Assembly (NCBI RefSeq): GCF_000372725.1
Contig: NW_005202237.1
Location: forward strand, 310,001 to 374,000
From: Emiliania huxleyi CCMP1516
Lineage: Eukaryota
Direction: 5' to 3'
DNA: 64,000 nt
Each line of letters opens with the position of its first letter. Position 1 is the stretch's first letter. The translations under genes were made by a program, and so were the position numbers. Of this stretch, positions 47,513 through 58,520 are shown piece by piece. Below the pieces are notes generated by a model. The model made no database searches. It was not told the origin of the DNA and was given only the letters and a program-made list of their open reading frames with translations.

Positions 47513-49840
47513 TCACTCCTCGCACTCGCAGCACGGATCCAACGGGAGGAACGAGGGGCCGCCCAGGCAGCCCCCGGGGCACGCGCAGCCGTTACGGTGC
47601 GCGTCCTGCCCGCCGCCCGGCATCGGCGCATCCTCCGCCGCCGGGGCCGGCGGCTCGCCCGGGATTGTCGCGTCCGTCATCGGCGCGCCCGGCATCGGCG
47701 CGTCCGGCGGCGCGCCCGGCATTGGCGCATCGTCCGCCGCGGACCGCGGCGGCCCATGCGCCCCACAGTAGGGCACGGCCACGCCGGGCGTCGCCCGCAG
47801 GAACGCGGCAAAGGAGTCGTGGTCGAACGTGCCCTCCATGATGGCGAGCCGCGTCGCCGCGTGGGGCGGGCGGTCGATGGCGTCGACGACGACGACGCCC
47901 CACGCGTGCTTGACGGCGTCAGCCTGCTCGAGCCCGCGCAGCCACTCCGCCGCGTCCTTCGCGGTGCACTCGTTGTACGACGACGTGCGGGCGGCGAGCA
48001 TGCGCCGCATCGCCAAATAGTCGCAGTCGCTGCAGCCGGCGCGCTGCACCACGGGCGGCAGCGTGTAGCGCGTCACGGCCGGGAGGTGCTGCGCCGGGAA
48101 GCAGAGGGCGTCGCTGCACGCCGGGCAAAGGGCCAGGTGGCGGAGCGCGAGCCCCGCGCGAGTGCGCCGCGAGTGCGCGAGAGCCGCCGCTAGGCGGCGG
48201 TAGCTCTCATAGAGAGCGCCTGCGGGCTGCTGCTCGCGCAGCGCCACCTCGAACGCGAACTTTGCGTCCGCGACGAGCTGCGGCGCGTGCGGCGCCTCGC
48301 CGTGCGCCTCTGCGTCCGCCTCGCGCAGCGTCAGCGCGACGCCGCGCCGCGCGCCGAGCAGCCGCGCGCGCGTCAGCCAATGCGACGGCCAGCACTGCGG
48401 CAGCAGCAGCTCCTGCCCACCGGCGCCGCGCCAGGGCTGCTGCTTGAGCTTTGGGTCGGCGCGCCATTGCGGCGGCTTGGGGAGGCACTGCCGGTACCAC
48501 AGTAGCAGGCGCGCGTCGAGCTGTTGCGTGGACAGCGAGTCCGGGTCGCACGAGAAGGCGTTCGGGTCAGCGTACGGGCCCTCCATCGCAGCCAGCTCGT
48601 AGTGCATCTCAGCGCCCATGCTCGGCGGCCTGTGATCGCCGCCGTACGTCTGCAGGAGCCGCCGCACCTCGCGGACGATGGTCCTGTTGAAGGCGATGGT
48701 GGTGTTGTCCTTCTCGACCGCCTCCGTCGCCTCCCCCTCGCCCAGCGGCTTGTCGGCCGTTTGGTACGCGTCCTTTGTCTCGACGGTGCCTCCGTCGGCC
48801 GCGTCGAGAACGCCCAGCAAGGCATCAGTGGCGATGGAGAGCGTGCGCGCTGACGCCTCGCGAGCCGCCTCCCCCTCCCCCTCCTCCTCGCCGTCGTCCA
48901 GCTGCTCGAACAGCCGTGCAGCCGTCTTTCCTGCCTGCGCTCGCCGCACCGCGTTCAGCTCCTCCTCGGCCGCCGCGCCCTCCGAGGCCTCCGCCGCCGC
49001 CGCGGCGGCGGCGGCGGGCGACGGCGTCGCGGTGGCGGCGGCGGCAGCCGCAGCCTTGCTCTCCGCCCGCTTCGCCGCCTCCCGCAGCCTCTTGTGGCGC
49101 GTGGCGCGCGCGGTTTTGGCTTGCCCGGGTCGCTTGGGGTCAAACTCGATGGTCTCGATGCGCCAGCCGTCACGCGCGTATGCCTCGCCGAGCGCACGCG
49201 AGACCCTTGCCCACAGCTTGCACTCCGCCTCGACGTCGCCCTGGAAGTGTGGCACCCTGTGCCACGGCCGCTCCGGGTTGTCCTTCTCGAGCTCCCGGTC
49301 GTAATCCTCGTGGCGCGCGGCAAGGACGGCGCGCCAGCGCTGCTCCGTCTGCGCAGGCCGGGGCCGCTCGACCATGAGCGCGTCCATCTCGACGTCCGCG
49401 TTCTCCTTCTCGCCGCCGCCGCCGGCGAGCGGCTTGCGCCGGCGCCGGCGGCCGGACGCCGCCGCCGGCGCAGGTGCGGGCGGAGTCGCGCGCCCCGTCT
49501 CGTTGTCGGGCGACTCCTCGCCGCCGGCGGCGTCGGGTGCGGCGACGTCGGCCTGCGAGTCGCGAGGGCGGCCTGCACCGGCGGCGGTCCGCAACGTCTC
49601 GCGGCGCGCCGCCAGCCACGCCGTGAACTCATGGGCGATGTCGCTGTCGTCGGGCGGCTGGTACAAGCTCGGCTGGATGTGGTCCATGAAGGCCTCCATC
49701 TCGGCCGCGGTCACGTCGTCGGGCGCGTCGACGGGCTGCAAGGCCGTGGACCGCACGGCGGGGCGGCTGCGCCAAGACTGGCGCGTCGCTGACGACGAGC
49801 CGAAGCAAAAAGAGCTGGACGACGGCAAGCCCGGCTGCAT
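47513..49840 (-). CDS. Large hypothetical protein (~775 aa) with Cys motifs near the C-terminus
   Basis: Long uninterrupted ORF with ordered segments (YDRELEKDNPERPWHRVPHF, LDARLLLWYRQCLPKPPQW, CPAC...CSDC, CACPGGC...CCEC). No family recognised. Confidence 0.7.
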   Translation of the reverse strand: MQPGLPSSSSFCFGSSSATRQSWRSRPAVRSTALQPVDAPDDVTAAEMEAFMDHIQPSLYQPPDDSDIAHEFTAWLAARRETLRTAAGAGRPRDSQADVAAPDAAGGEESPDNETGRATPPAPAPAAASGRRRRRKPLAGGGGEKENADVEMDALMVERPRPAQTEQRWRAVLAARHEDYDRELEKDNPERPWHRVPHFQGDVEAECKLWARVSRALGEAYARDGWRIETIEFDPKRPGQAKTARATRHKRLREAAKRAESKAAAAAAATATPSPAAAAAAAAEASEGAAAEEELNAVRRAQAGKTAARLFEQLDDGEEEGEGEAAREASARTLSIATDALLGVLDAADGGTVETKDAYQTADKPLGEGEATEAVEKDNTTIAFNRTIVREVRRLLQTYGGDHRPPSMGAEMHYELAAMEGPYADPNAFSCDPDSLSTQQLDARLLLWYRQCLPKPPQWRADPKLKQQPWRGAGGQELLLPQCWPSHWLTRARLLGARRGVALTLREADAEAHGEAPHAPQLVADAKFAFEVALREQQPAGALYESYRRLAAALAHSRRTRAGLALRHLALCPACSDALCFPAQHLPAVTRYTLPPVVQRAGCSDCDYLAMRRMLAARTSSYNECTAKDAAEWLRGLEQADAVKHAWGVVVVDAIDRPPHAATRLAIMEGTFDHDSFAAFLRATPGVAVPYCGAHGPPRSAADDAPMPGAPPDAPMPGAPMTDATIPGEPPAPAAEDAPMPGGGQDAHRNGCACPGGCLGGPSFLPLDPCCECEE

Positions 49841-50180
49841 TCTCGCCGGGACGGCGATCCTGATCGAGCACGAGACGCCGCCTGCTTTCGGATTTTCTTT
49901 CTTGATTCCGTTTGTTGCAAACGGAATCAGTTGCAAAACCCTGAATAAAAAAACAAAACGCGAAAATCCCCTTTGCAGCCAAGCCTACCGGGCACCTAAT
50001 TTTGTCACATGCCGTATGTCAAGAGACATACACGCGTGGGCGCCCCCCGCCTCCACTCTCAAGACTCAAGCAACACAGAGGCCTCGCGTTTTCTTTTTCT
50101 GTTTAGAGAGTTTGTTGTCGGCACGCGAAGCCGCCACACTCACGCCGGCCCAATATCACGACGCTCACCGAGCAACAACA

Positions 50181-52858
50181 ATGGACCGATTCTTCCGTCG
50201 CAACGTCGCCGCCGCGGCCACCGCCTCGGAGGACGCTCCCGCACCGCCGCCGCCGCCGCCGCCGCCCAAGGTCCACTACGGCGTGCCCGCCCTCGCGTGC
50301 TGCCTCGCAGCGGATCCGGTGCAGGGCACGATTGCGATCGGGACGGAGAGCGGCCACATCAAGCTGTTCGGCCGGCGCGGCTCCGAGCTTCTGCTCCCCG
50401 CCATCTCGCCTGCCCCCGTGCGCCACCTCGCCTTCATCACCAACCGCGGCCTCCTCCTCGCGGTGCACGAGCGGGCCGTCCTCCGGCTCTGGTCGCTGCG
50501 AGGGGCGCGCCCGACGCTCGCCGCCACACCGGTGCTCCCGGCGGTAGATTCGCTCGAGGTGAGCGTCGCCACCCTCGTGCCTCGATCCTCCATCGTGCTG
50601 CTCGGAACGTCGGACGGGCGCGTCTTTGCTTGCGATGGAGCCGGCGGGAGGACGTCGGGGCCGCACGCAGGGCTGCGCGGCGAGGCGGTGCGCCGGTCTC
50701 CCGTGCAAGCCTCTCGCCCCTTCTGCCCCGACGGGGGCCTTGCCGCCCCGACGGCGCCTTGCCGCCCTCACCCTAGGTCACCTGCCGACCAGCCTCACCT
50801 CCCCGCCTAGCCTCCCCCTCCCGCCTCGCCTCCCCACCGCTCTCTCGCCCCACGCCTCGCAGGGCGCGCAGGGAGGAGGACTCTGCGCCCTAGAGTCGCA
50901 CCCGTCGACGCCCTCCCGACTCCTCATCGGCGAGCGCTGCGGCTCCCTCCGCGTCCTCGACCTCGCGCGCGGCGCACCGCCGCATGTCGCTTGCGTCTTT
51001 GGCGCTCTGCCCGCAGAGGAAGGGTGTCTGCCTCTCTCGCTCTCTCGCTCTCTCCGCCCTCGCATCTCCACCACTCTCCTCCCCGCCCTCGCCTCCCCGG
51101 CCTTTGCCTCCCCGCCTTTGCCTCCCCGCCACCGCCCTCCTCGTGCTAGCCTCCAGGCCCGTCTCGCCCACCCGCCCCGCCTCCTCCCCCGCAGGGATGC
51201 GCCTCCCGCCCGCCCGCCTTGTCCCCCCTGTGTGGTCGGCCGGCGGCGCGGTCGCTCCCTGTTGTGTCTTTCTGGCTCGTCCGGCGGCCTTCCCGGGCCG
51301 TTCCGCCCCCCTGCCCGCCTGCTTCCCCCCCTCGCGCCTGGTGCCGCCCCGGCCGCCCCGGGTTGCGTCGCTGCCCCTCTTCGGTCCCGGCGCGGGCCGG
51401 GCGTCGCCTGCGCTCCCCGCGGCTCTCCCCCGGCTGGCCTCGGCGCCCTCGGTCGGTGCCGGCTCCGCGGCGCCCGCCATTGTTTTGGGCCTTNNNNNNN
51501 NNNNNNNNNNNNNNNNNNNNNNNNNNNNNNNNNNNNNNNNNNNNNNNNNNNNNNNNNNNNNNNNNNNNNNNNNNNNNNNNNNNNNNNNNNNNNNNNNNNN
51601 NNNNNNNNNNNNNNNNNNNNNNNNNNNNNNNNNNNNNNNNNNNNNNNNNNNNNNNNNNNNNNNNNNNNNNNNNNNNNNNNNNNNNNNNNNNNNNNNNNNN
51701 NNNNNNNNNNNNNNNNNNNNNNNNNNNNNNNNNNNNNNNNNNNNNNNNNNNNNNNNNNNNNNNNNNNNNNNNNNNNNNNNNNNNNNNNNNNNNNNNNNNN
51801 NNNNNNNNNNNNNNNNNNNNNNNNNNNNNNNNNNNNNNNNNNNNNNNNNNNNNNNNNNNNNNNNNNNNNNNNNNNNNNNNNNNNNNNNNNNNNNNNNNNN
51901 NNNNNNNNNNNNNNNNNNNNNNNNNNNNNNNNNNNNNNNNNNNNNNNNNNNNNNNNNNNNNNNNNNNNNNNNNNNNNNNNNNNNNNNNNNNNNNNNNNNN
52001 NNNNNNNNNNNNNNNNNNNNNNNNNNNNNNNNNNNNNNNNNNNNNNNNNNNNNNNNNNNNNNNNNNNNNNNNNNNNNNNNNNNNNNNNNNNNNNNNNGGG
52101 GGGGCGGCCCCAAGGATACCCCCCCCTTCGGGGCCGACGCGTTTTTTTGGCCCAAGATTTCGGTCCAAGCCTTCCGGGACCCCCCTTTTGCCCCAAAGGG
52201 AAAGGGGGAGGCCGGTTTCTTCGGCAATTTTTGGGGCCTTTCCCCCCCCCTTTAGGGTGTTTGAAAAAGACCCCCGGAAAACAAAACCCGTCCGGGGCTT
52301 GCCCCCCCCCCCCCCCCCCCGCCCCCAGGGGAGAGCTCGGGCCGGTCGGTGCACGAGCGGCTCTCGCGCGGGCTCGGCTGGATCTCGCGCGAGCTCGGAG
52401 GCGAGGCGTCCCCCTCTGCGCCGCGCGAGCTCCACGCCCTCCTCTTCCCGCCCGAGGAGAAGGCGGAGCGGCAGGCGGCGGAGCGGAGGGAGGGGGGCCG
52501 GCCCGGCGGAGGGCAGGGGCCGCAGGAGCGCTCGCCCGGGCGGGGCGGGGACGCGGCCGAGCGGCGGCGGAGGGAGCTGCTCGGCGAGGGGAGGGGCGCC
52601 GCCGCGGCGGAGGGGGCGGCGGCCACGCGGGAGGCGCGGCGAGCTGACCGGCTGGCGCAGCTCCGCTCCAAGCAGGCGGGGGCCGCGGCGTCGGCGATGA
52701 ACGAGAGCCTCTCGGCAGCGCAGGAGCGCGGCGAGAAGCTCGCCCAGGTTGGGGACAAGGCGGAAAACCTCGCGCACGAGGCGGACGAGTTTGCATCGCT
52801 GGCAAAGCAGCTGCGCAGGCAGCAGGAGGGCGGCTTCTTCGGAGGGCTGTTTGGGTGA
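50181..52858 (+). CDS. Tomosyn/Sro7/Lgl-like WD40 protein with C-terminal R-SNARE motif; spans a gap
   Basis: N-terminus HYGVPALACCLAADPVQGTIAIGTESGHIKLFGRRGSE matches the tomosyn/Lgl start; C-terminus MNESLSAAQERGEKLAQVGDKAENL...FASLAKQL is a synaptobrevin-like coil. Confidence 0.85.
51494..52097. other. Assembly gap (~604 N)
   Basis: N run. Confidence 1.
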
Positions 52859-53109
52859 CGCGCGCTCTTAGTCTGAGCATCGAGGAGGGGTGGCTTCGCT
52901 TGAGCGCTGAATTTTCTTTGTACTGAGGTGTTTGAGCTGACGTGTGTGAGTCTGAGTGTCTCCCGATGTAGCTGAGTACGATCGCGCAAAAAGAGACCTC
53001 CACAAACACGGGCCGATTCATTCTACATTTTCACGCATGCTCCACGCGGGTCACGCTCACACGGCTTGGGAGACCTACGCGCGAACCCCCGAGATTCTCA
53101 GCCCTCTCT

Positions 53110-54823
53110 TCATCGGGCTTTACCCTCATCCTGCGCCAATGAGCAGTTGCCGATGTCCTTGGCGGCACAGTGCATTGTTGCGGATCGGGTCACCTCGTAC
53201 TTTCGCTGCAAGTCGAGGTATCGGTCGTGGGAAAACGAGACCCCGCTGCCGGCCGGCCGCCAGTCCGCTGGCTGCAGTTCGCGCCAGCCGTCAGGCCTGC
53301 GCGCCACTTGGATGCCGGTCTCGGCGGCGGGCTTGACGAATAGGGGCATCGAGATCCTATCGCCGCCCGCAAACGTCACGACCCGGTGGAGCAGAGGCCG
53401 CACAGCCCCGCCCGTCAGCCAAGCGAGCAGCCCGCCGCCGAATACGACGACCTCGCCGGCGCGCGAGCGAGGCTCGAGGTCCGTCCACCTCCACCCATCG
53501 CCGCCGAGCGTCACCGCCTGAAGCCCGCGCACGGTCGAGAGCGGTGCGGCGGTGATCAGGCCCAAGTCGGCGTGCGGCCGAATCTGGACAATGTCATCGC
53601 CGGGAGGCTCGCCGTGGCCGCGGCTGAAGTCCGCCGCCATGCGGTACAGGTTGATCTTGACATGCATCCCCTTGCACTCGGTGGCCTCCTCCTCGCCACC
53701 GCCCTGCCCGCCCGCGTCCGCCCGCGCGTGGTCGTCGCCGTCCGCTTGGTTGGCGAAGTCGCCGGCGGAGCAGGTGAGCGAGTACTTGAACGCGTCGAGA
53801 AGCAAGCCTTCCGGCAGGCGCAGAGCCTGCTCGAGCAGCGCGAGCACGCGCTGAGTGAGCAGCCGCAGAACGCCCAGCGCCGCATCGAGCAGCGGCAGCA
53901 GCGCGGCGGCAGGGCTCCCCTCCGGTGCTGTTCCGCTGGCGCCTGCTCTGCCGGCGCCTGCTCCGCTGTGCTCGGCCACCTCGTAGCGCCGGACCGCCTC
54001 GGTGCACGCGTCGGTGCGGTTCGGCTGCGAGCACCAGCCGTTCCGCCGCTCGTGTACAAAGCGCGCGTGCTTCCACTCACGCGCTGCCGGCGGAAGTGCA
54101 AAGAAGTGCGCCGCGGCCGCGGCCGCCGCCTCGATGGCTGCAGTCTGGTTGGGCGAGAGCTGGACGAGGATGTGGTTGGAGCGCTGTATCGCCGTCAGCA
54201 CTCGCTGCGCGATGCGCTCCTTGCCCGCGGCACCGCCGGAGGGTCTCGTTTGGGCATCCTGGAGCGAGAAGCCGTCATCGGCCCCATCGTCGGCGCCGAG
54301 CTCCGCACCCTCGAACCGCTCCGTGACGGCGGACGAGGCGAACTCGCCGTGCCGCCACGTGCGCAGCTCGAGAGAGCACGCAGCGGCCGTCGCGGCGGCG
54401 TCGAGGGCGGCCGGAACCCGAAACTTCTTCCGCTGCTTGAGCAAGTTCTTTGCGTATTTGCTCGCCCGGAGCGCGACGATGGGGAGCGGCAGGACGTTGT
54501 GCGAGAAGAGCGGCTGCACAGCGCCGAACGCCAGGCCGCCCTCCTCCTCGCACCTCTGCCTCGCCGCGCTCTCCGAGGCGCCGTCAGCGGCCTCCTCTGC
54601 TGTCGAAAAGCCGTAGGCGTAGTAGAAAGCCGTGGCGGTGCGGTTGCGGGCGAGGGCTTGTCGACAGCGCCTCGCCGCCCGGATGCTCTCCGTCGTAGAC
54701 AGGCGGAGGCCAAACGCCGCCCCGAGCTCGGACGCCCACCCGTCCGCCACCTGCCCCGCCGGAGCCTCGGGGTCTGCCGGCACGTCCACGCAGGCGATTC
54801 GCGGCGCCGGCCTCTGCACAAAG

Positions 54824-54888
<65 letters not shown>

Positions 54889-56672
54889 GATGTCGCCGTG
54901 GTAGCGGAAGCAGAGCTTCTCGGGAGACTCGAGCGCGGCAAGGAGCTGCTCGAGCTCCGACGGCGAGGGCGCCCCGCCGCCAGTGAGGGGGTACGAGAGG
55001 CCGAGGAGCTCGAGCTGGTCCGGCTCCAGCCGCCTCGACGCCGTCTTGTTGCTTTTCTTCGCCCCCCCCTCCCTCGCCGCCGCCCCCTCCGCCCCCCCCG
55101 CACTCGCCGCCGTCTCTGGAAGGGGCGAGCTGTGAGCTGTGAGCGCGTCCCGTTCGCCAGCCACCTCCTCCGCCCCTGCACGCCCCTCCCGATTTGCCCT
55201 CGCTTCCACTCCAACCCCCTCGTTACCCTCCCCCTCCCTCTTCGCCCCCTCCGTCCGCCCCGCCGCCTTCGCCGCCGGCGCTGGGGCAGACGGCAGCGGC
55301 AGCGGCAGCCACGGCGCAAAGAAGTCGCGCATCTGCTCCACCTCGGCCGAGGACCAGTCGGGGTGGCTCTGGTGGCTCTTCCTCTCGTCCGCCTCGCTCT
55401 CCACCATCGGCAGCACATCCGCCGCGTCGACGACGAAGAAGGAGGGCGGGCACGGCTTGTCGCCCTCCTCGCGCGGCCCGCTCGGCTGCCCCTCGAGCTC
55501 CTGCACGCCGCGGGGCTGGCTTCGGCGGTGGAGAGCGGCGGCGCGGGGAGGGCTGGCGGCGGCGAGGGTGGCGGAGGCGAGGGGTGGTGGCGGCGAGGGC
55601 ATGGCGGCGGGCGCGAGGGCTGACAGCGGCGAGGGCTGGCGGGGGCGAGGGTGTCGGTGGCGGAGGTGAGGGTGGGTGGTGGAGTTGTGAGGATAGAGGG
55701 TGAGGAGGCTTGGCTGGCGTAGGCGAGAAGGCTAGGGGTCGGGAGGGGGAAGCGGGGGAGGGGGACTTTTGCGGTGTGCCGGCGCCTTCCCAAAGTGGTG
55801 GCGGAGGAGCTCCGCCTTGAACTTGCACAGCCGGTGCGCGCCGTCGAGCATGCGGTAGGGCAGGCCGCACGGGTTCCCTGCCGCCTAGAGACAGCAGGGG
55901 CGTGCAGCGGTGTGTCTTTGCACTAGATAGCAGACGCGTGTTGCGCGTGTCATCGCGTGCAGCGGTGTGTCTTTGCACTAGATAGCAGACGCGTGTTGCG
56001 GCGTGTCATCTTGCTCACCTCCTCGACCCACTCGCCTGTCTCGGCCTCCGACCGAGCCCCCAACCCGCTGTGCCACGTGTACCCGGTGCGGGCGAGGATG
56101 CCAGGCACGCCGACGCAGGCGTGCGCCATCCGGCTCTCGTCTTCGAGGCGATGGCACACCTTTGCAAACCGCCTGGCCATCGCCGAGGCGTCATGCGACG
56201 CGTCCCTGGCATGCGCAGGCCCGCCGGGCAGCAGGAGCGACCCGCCGACCTCCCCCTTACCACTGACCTCGGGAAGGCCGAACGGACCCGCGGCGTCGGA
56301 CGGCCGAGTCATCCCTTTATGGCAAATGAGGTGAGCCGGCACCCTCACCGGCTGGATCCTGCGCTGAGCGATGTGGCGGAGCAGCGAGCCGATGTGAATA
56401 TGGTGCCCGTCACCGAGGCCGGCGAGGCTCCAGTTCCCGTCGGTGTGGAGCGTGTGCCTTGAGTTGAGGACTTGGCGGAATGGCGTCGACGTTGGGCAGC
56501 GAGGCAGCTGCAACGCGGCGTTGCATCGGGCCGCCTCTCTTCGCGGGTTTGGCGACGCCGGCGGCAGACGGCCAGGCAGCAGGAGAACATTCGCGAGCGT
56601 GAGTGTTAAGCACACAGCAAAGATAGACAGCAGCGAGACGGCGCCGCGTCGACGGCGACGGGTGCTATTCAT
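53110..56672 (-). CDS. Multi-domain 2OG-Fe(II) dioxygenase (IPNS/DIOX-like) with an N-terminal TM anchor and a putative ParB/Srx-like domain
   Basis: C-terminus: KINLYR, PHADLGLIT (HxD), GLQ, VVFGGGLLAWLTGG, LLHRV, RISMPLF (RxS). Upstream exons: MNSTRRRRRGAVSLLSIFAVCLTLTLANVLLL, and exon 55884-55786 AAGNPCGLPYRMLDGAHRLCK, splicing in frame to 55500. Confidence 0.78.
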
Positions 56673-56861
56673 GCCTTTCAGAGTCGATCGAGCAAGCGAA
56701 AGCGGGCAGCCATTTTGTGTATAGGAATTCCTATATATTTCACACAGCAAACGCCGACAGAGAAGAATTTCGTGCTGACAGCCAAGAGAGGGATCCCTGT
56801 GTGGTGGCGGCGTGCCGTCCTCCCATCCCTCCCTTGGCTTGTGTGTTTTCTTTCTTTTTCA

Positions 56862-58190
56862 GGGATGGGAGGGCATGTCGCCACCACAGAGGGATTTTAA
56901 GGAGAGGGGTGTGGTGCTAGCCGTCGCCCACCCTTGGGCGTCTGCCTCTTCCTATCTCTCTTCGCAGTCTCTCGCCAATTCTCGCAGCGACCTTCATGCC
57001 GCCTCGCGGTCTTCTCACTCTCGTCGTTCTCTCTCCTGCGTTTCATCCTCTGACTCATCGCTCTCCTCGGCCTCGTTCGTTCTGCGACGCCGCCGCCTGC
57101 CGATCCCTTGCTCTCGCGGCCTCTTCTCGGCGCGACTCCGCCCTCCTCGCGGCGTATTTTGGCCCCTCGAGTTTATCAAGCTCTCCTCGCGCAAGGACCA
57201 CATTTCTGACTCCCACACTCCGCGATCATTTGCCGCCAAGTCATGTCGTTGCTCAGATCCATCCACGAGCGGCCGCACACTGCTCGGTACCCCCCCTGCA
57301 CATCAAAGTCATGGCCGACCCCCCCCCCCCCCCCCAGCAGCAGCGCTCTGGCCTCTGCTGCTGGGGGGGTCAGACCCCCCCCCTAGCAGCAGGGATGACT
57401 TTAGATGTGCAGGGGGGTACCGAGCAATGTGCGGCCGCTCCACTCTCGTTTCGAACACTCGAAGAAGAAAAAACCCTCGTACCTCCACGGACCACGGTCG
57501 GTGTTGGCGCTGGGGTTCCCTTCGGGTGCATCGTGAGTTCGTGACAGCTGACGACGGGATTACCACACTGGTGGTTCGTCGTCATCGGATTCGTCTTCTC
57601 CGGCGCGGCTCACTCGTGAGCTTCTTTCTTTTTTTACGCCGTGGCGCTCTCGTGTCGGAGGAAGTATCGACAGACAGACCTCGGAGCTAGCCCTCCAGAG
57701 TGGGCTCGACACTGACGCGTACAGTGGGTTGCGGGCATTAAGAAAACAGGATTCCGCGGCACGCCGCCGTTTCTAAGCCTTTCCACAGCCCTCATCCGCA
57801 CCCCACGCCGTGACCCGTGTGGCCGTGTGGTTTCTTAGCTCCGGCCGGGGCACTCAATCAAGCCAGAGCGCCGGCCCGAAGGATTTTTAGGTAAGAAGAG
57901 TATTAAAGCTGCGGTCCGCGAGGGCGATGCCAGAGTCTGCCGCCGACGTCGGCTCTCTGGATGACGGGAAGACGCACACACGCCTCCATCCACTGGCTCC
58001 AGGCCCCAAATGACGTGTGAGTGTTAGATTTGTTTGGTATTGCTAAAAATCTCTCTCAGAACACCGCAGACTACTTGAAAAGTGACAAGTGCGCTGCCGC
58101 AGGCGAAGAGAAAGTTTGAAATCCCTGTGTGGTGGCGGCGTGCCGTCCTCCCATCCCTCCCTTGGGTTGTCTGTTTTCTGTCTTTCTTTC
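56862..58190. mobile_element. ~1.3 kb non-autonomous TIR element
   Basis: Left end GGGATGGGAGGGCATGTCGCCACCACAGAGGGATTTT is the imperfect inverse of right end AAATCCCTGTGTGGTGGCGGCGTGCCGTCCTCCCATCCC; no transposase ORF. Confidence 0.7.
57267..57440. mobile_element. 174 bp MITE with ~46 bp TIRs and a 3 bp TSD (CAC), nested in the TIR element
   Basis: GAGCGGCCGCACACTGCTCGGTACCCCCCCTGCACATCAAAGTCAT ... ATGACTTTAGATGTGCAGGGGGGTACCGAGCAATGTGCGGCCGCTC; CAC on both flanks; absent from the homologous site near 38290. Confidence 0.88.
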
Positions 58191-58520
58191 AATTCTTAGA
58201 CATTTTGAGCTTTAGCTGGCTTCGGACCCGTTCACACTCGTGTCTGGCCTTTTCTCGGGGCCGCGCCTGCGACGCGCCGTGTGGTTTCTTAGATTTTTGC
58301 GGAAATCGGTTGGGTTTCTTCTGCCACGTTTTCTTAAAATGCCCGCAACCCACTGTAACCATCCCACTCAGATTGGTTGTGTCTCTGTGTAGGTGCGTCT
58401 CTTCCTGCGCAACATGGGCGCCGTGCCGTCCTTAGCAGGAAGTTTCAGGCATTGTAAAGAAAAGAAAAACGTGTGCCGGGGGGGGGGGTTCCCCGGCCAG
58501 GACGGACTCCAAGTGCTCCG

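Noticed and set aside
50626..53021. 500-750 aa ORFs spanning the gap
   Set aside because: Inflated by N runs and low-quality flanks; only the tomosyn-like frames are credible.
53386..55623. 745 aa plus-strand ORF
   Set aside because: Antisense shadow of the GC-rich dioxygenase gene; no motifs.
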